Assembly (NCBI GenBank): GCA_964346905.1
Contig: CAYFXH010000005.1
Location: 1 to 63,556 of the forward strand
DNA: 63,556 nt
Direction of reading: 5' to 3'
Origin: an uncultured Desulfobacteraceae bacterium
Lineage (GTDB): Bacteria > Desulfobacterota > Syntrophobacteria > BM002
Shown in pieces: positions 62,495-63,556 of this stretch. How positions within the stretch are numbered: the first letter of the stretch is position 1; each line of letters begins with the position of its first letter. The translations under genes were made by a program, and so were the position numbers. The notes under the pieces were generated by a model. The model ran no database searches. It saw only the letters and a program-made list of their open reading frames with translations, and was not told where the DNA came from.

Positions 62495-63556
62495 ATGAGT
62501 AGGTCGGATGTAATTGTCACCGGAATAGGTGTTGTCTGCGCTCTCGGGGAGAATAAGGACTTATTTTGGAATGCTCTACGTCAGGGCACATGCGGAATCG
62601 GCTCCATAGATCTCTTTAATGTTTCGGGGTACCGCAGCCGTATCGGTGGTCAGGTAAGAGATATTGATTTCTTCTCCCGACTCTCCCCGCACCATTGTCG
62701 TCGGTTGGGACGTTGCGATCTTTTAGGGCTTTGGGCTGCCCATGAAGCTTTAGAGGAAGCGAAAATCATGGAACGCGCCCTTCCTCCCGAGCGCATTGCC
62801 GTCGTCCTAGGTGCAGGTGCCGGCGGTGTACTGGAGGCAGAGCAATACCGCCGCCAGCTCTACGAGGGTCTGGTGCGACCGCGTCCATCTCTGCTTATGC
62901 CGTTTCCGGCCTGCAACCTCACCGACGCCATCGGCAACCTTTACGGTTTTCACGGACCTCGATCTACCATTGCCACCGCTTGCTCTTCCAGTGCTACCGC
63001 CATAGGCTATGGCGCAGATCTCATTCAGTCTGGCCAAGCTGAGGTGGTTATTGTCGGAGGTGCTGAGTCCCTCTCGGAACTTACCTTTTCCGGCTTCAAC
63101 GCGCTCCGCTCAGTGGATCGCTCCACCTGCCGACCTTTTGATCGGAATCGGGAAGGGTTGGTGCTCGGCGAGAGCGGAAGTATTCTGGTGCTCGAGTCAC
63201 GGCGGTTCGCCGAGGCCCACGGGATATCTGGTTATGCTCGCGTGCTTGGATATGGCATTTGTGCCGACGCCTACCACATGACTTCTCCCGATCCTCAGGG
63301 GGAGGGAGCAGAAAGAAGTATGGCCAATGCACTTAACAATGCAGCGGTACCTGCAGATGCAGTGGACTATGTCAACGCCCACGGCACCGGCACGGTACTC
63401 AATGACAGAGTGGAGACTATGGCGATCAAGCGGCTTTTCGGCAAAAGGGCCCAATCGATGCCGGTCAGTTCCGTCAAATCCGCCATTGGACACTGTCTCG
63501 GTGCCGCCGGAGGGGTGGAGGCTGCCGCCACCATCTTGGCCCTCCATCACGGGGTA
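62495..63556 (+). CDS. Beta-ketoacyl-ACP synthase I/II-type condensing enzyme; the 3' end runs off the right window edge
   Basis: Not in the ORF track because there is no stop in the window. Hand translation gives MSRSDVIVTGIGVVCALG... It contains IATACSSSATAIG (Cys), ADAYHMTSP (His) and VNAHGTGT (His). The frame is open to 63556. Confidence 0.85.
   Translation, partial: MSRSDVIVTGIGVVCALGENKDLFWNALRQGTCGIGSIDLFNVSGYRSRIGGQVRDIDFFSRLSPHHCRRLGRCDLLGLWAAHEALEEAKIMERALPPERIAVVLGAGAGGVLEAEQYRRQLYEGLVRPRPSLLMPFPACNLTDAIGNLYGFHGPRSTIATACSSSATAIGYGADLIQSGQAEVVIVGGAESLSELTFSGFNALRSVDRSTCRPFDRNREGLVLGESGSILVLESRRFAEAHGISGYARVLGYGICADAYHMTSPDPQGEGAERSMANALNNAAVPADAVDYVNAHGTGTVLNDRVETMAIKRLFGKRAQSMPVSSVKSAIGHCLGAAGGVEAAATILALHHGV

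Overview
The window reads as an ordinary chromosomal segment of an anaerobic, Desulfobacterota-like bacterium. That assignment is inferred only from gene content: NuoEF/HydBC-type flavoproteins, radical SAM enzymes and a sigma-54-driven pilin. I saw no rRNA, tRNA, CRISPR array, transposase or integrase.

- **Left third (1-23.9 kb), housekeeping and lipid catabolism.** A TetR-controlled beta-oxidation operon (fadB-like, thiolase, acyl-CoA dehydrogenase) is followed by queF-yhhQ, serA, a crotonase, an rsmF-like gene split in two, two sensor kinases, fabH, an OYE reductase, an SDR, a ferredoxin, HD-MFS and dinB.
- **Middle (24-35 kb).** A GGDEF cyclase, slyD-like, mltC-like, a NuoE/NuoF/FeS module with no catalytic partner, and an orphan pilin locus with a good sigma-54 promoter.
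- **Right 26 kb (37.2-63.6 kb), the most interesting part.** This is a dense multi-operon island that mixes three gene sets:
  - A type-II FAS / aryl-polyene-like set: KR, ACP, thioesterase, FabZ-like dehydratase, GT2, KS, a divergent FabD-like acyltransferase and an LpxL-like acyltransferase.
  - Envelope export parts: LolA-like, MMPL/RND, Omp85-like, a TolB-like peptidase fusion and a CsgG-like/NHL protein.
  - Unusual redox enzymes: a B12-radical SAM, a second radical SAM in an operon with an ATP-grasp ligase, and a split 2-hydroxyacyl-CoA-dehydratase/benzoyl-CoA-reductase-family protein with a separate activase.

  I read this island as a candidate undescribed system for making, modifying and exporting a specialised, possibly ether-linked or chain-modified, envelope lipid.
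- **Intergenic repeats.** Many intergenic regions carry hairpin elements whose arms are short tandem 7-9 nt repeats. Two of them are clear copies of one family.

All protein family calls are by-eye motif recognition. No database search was possible.
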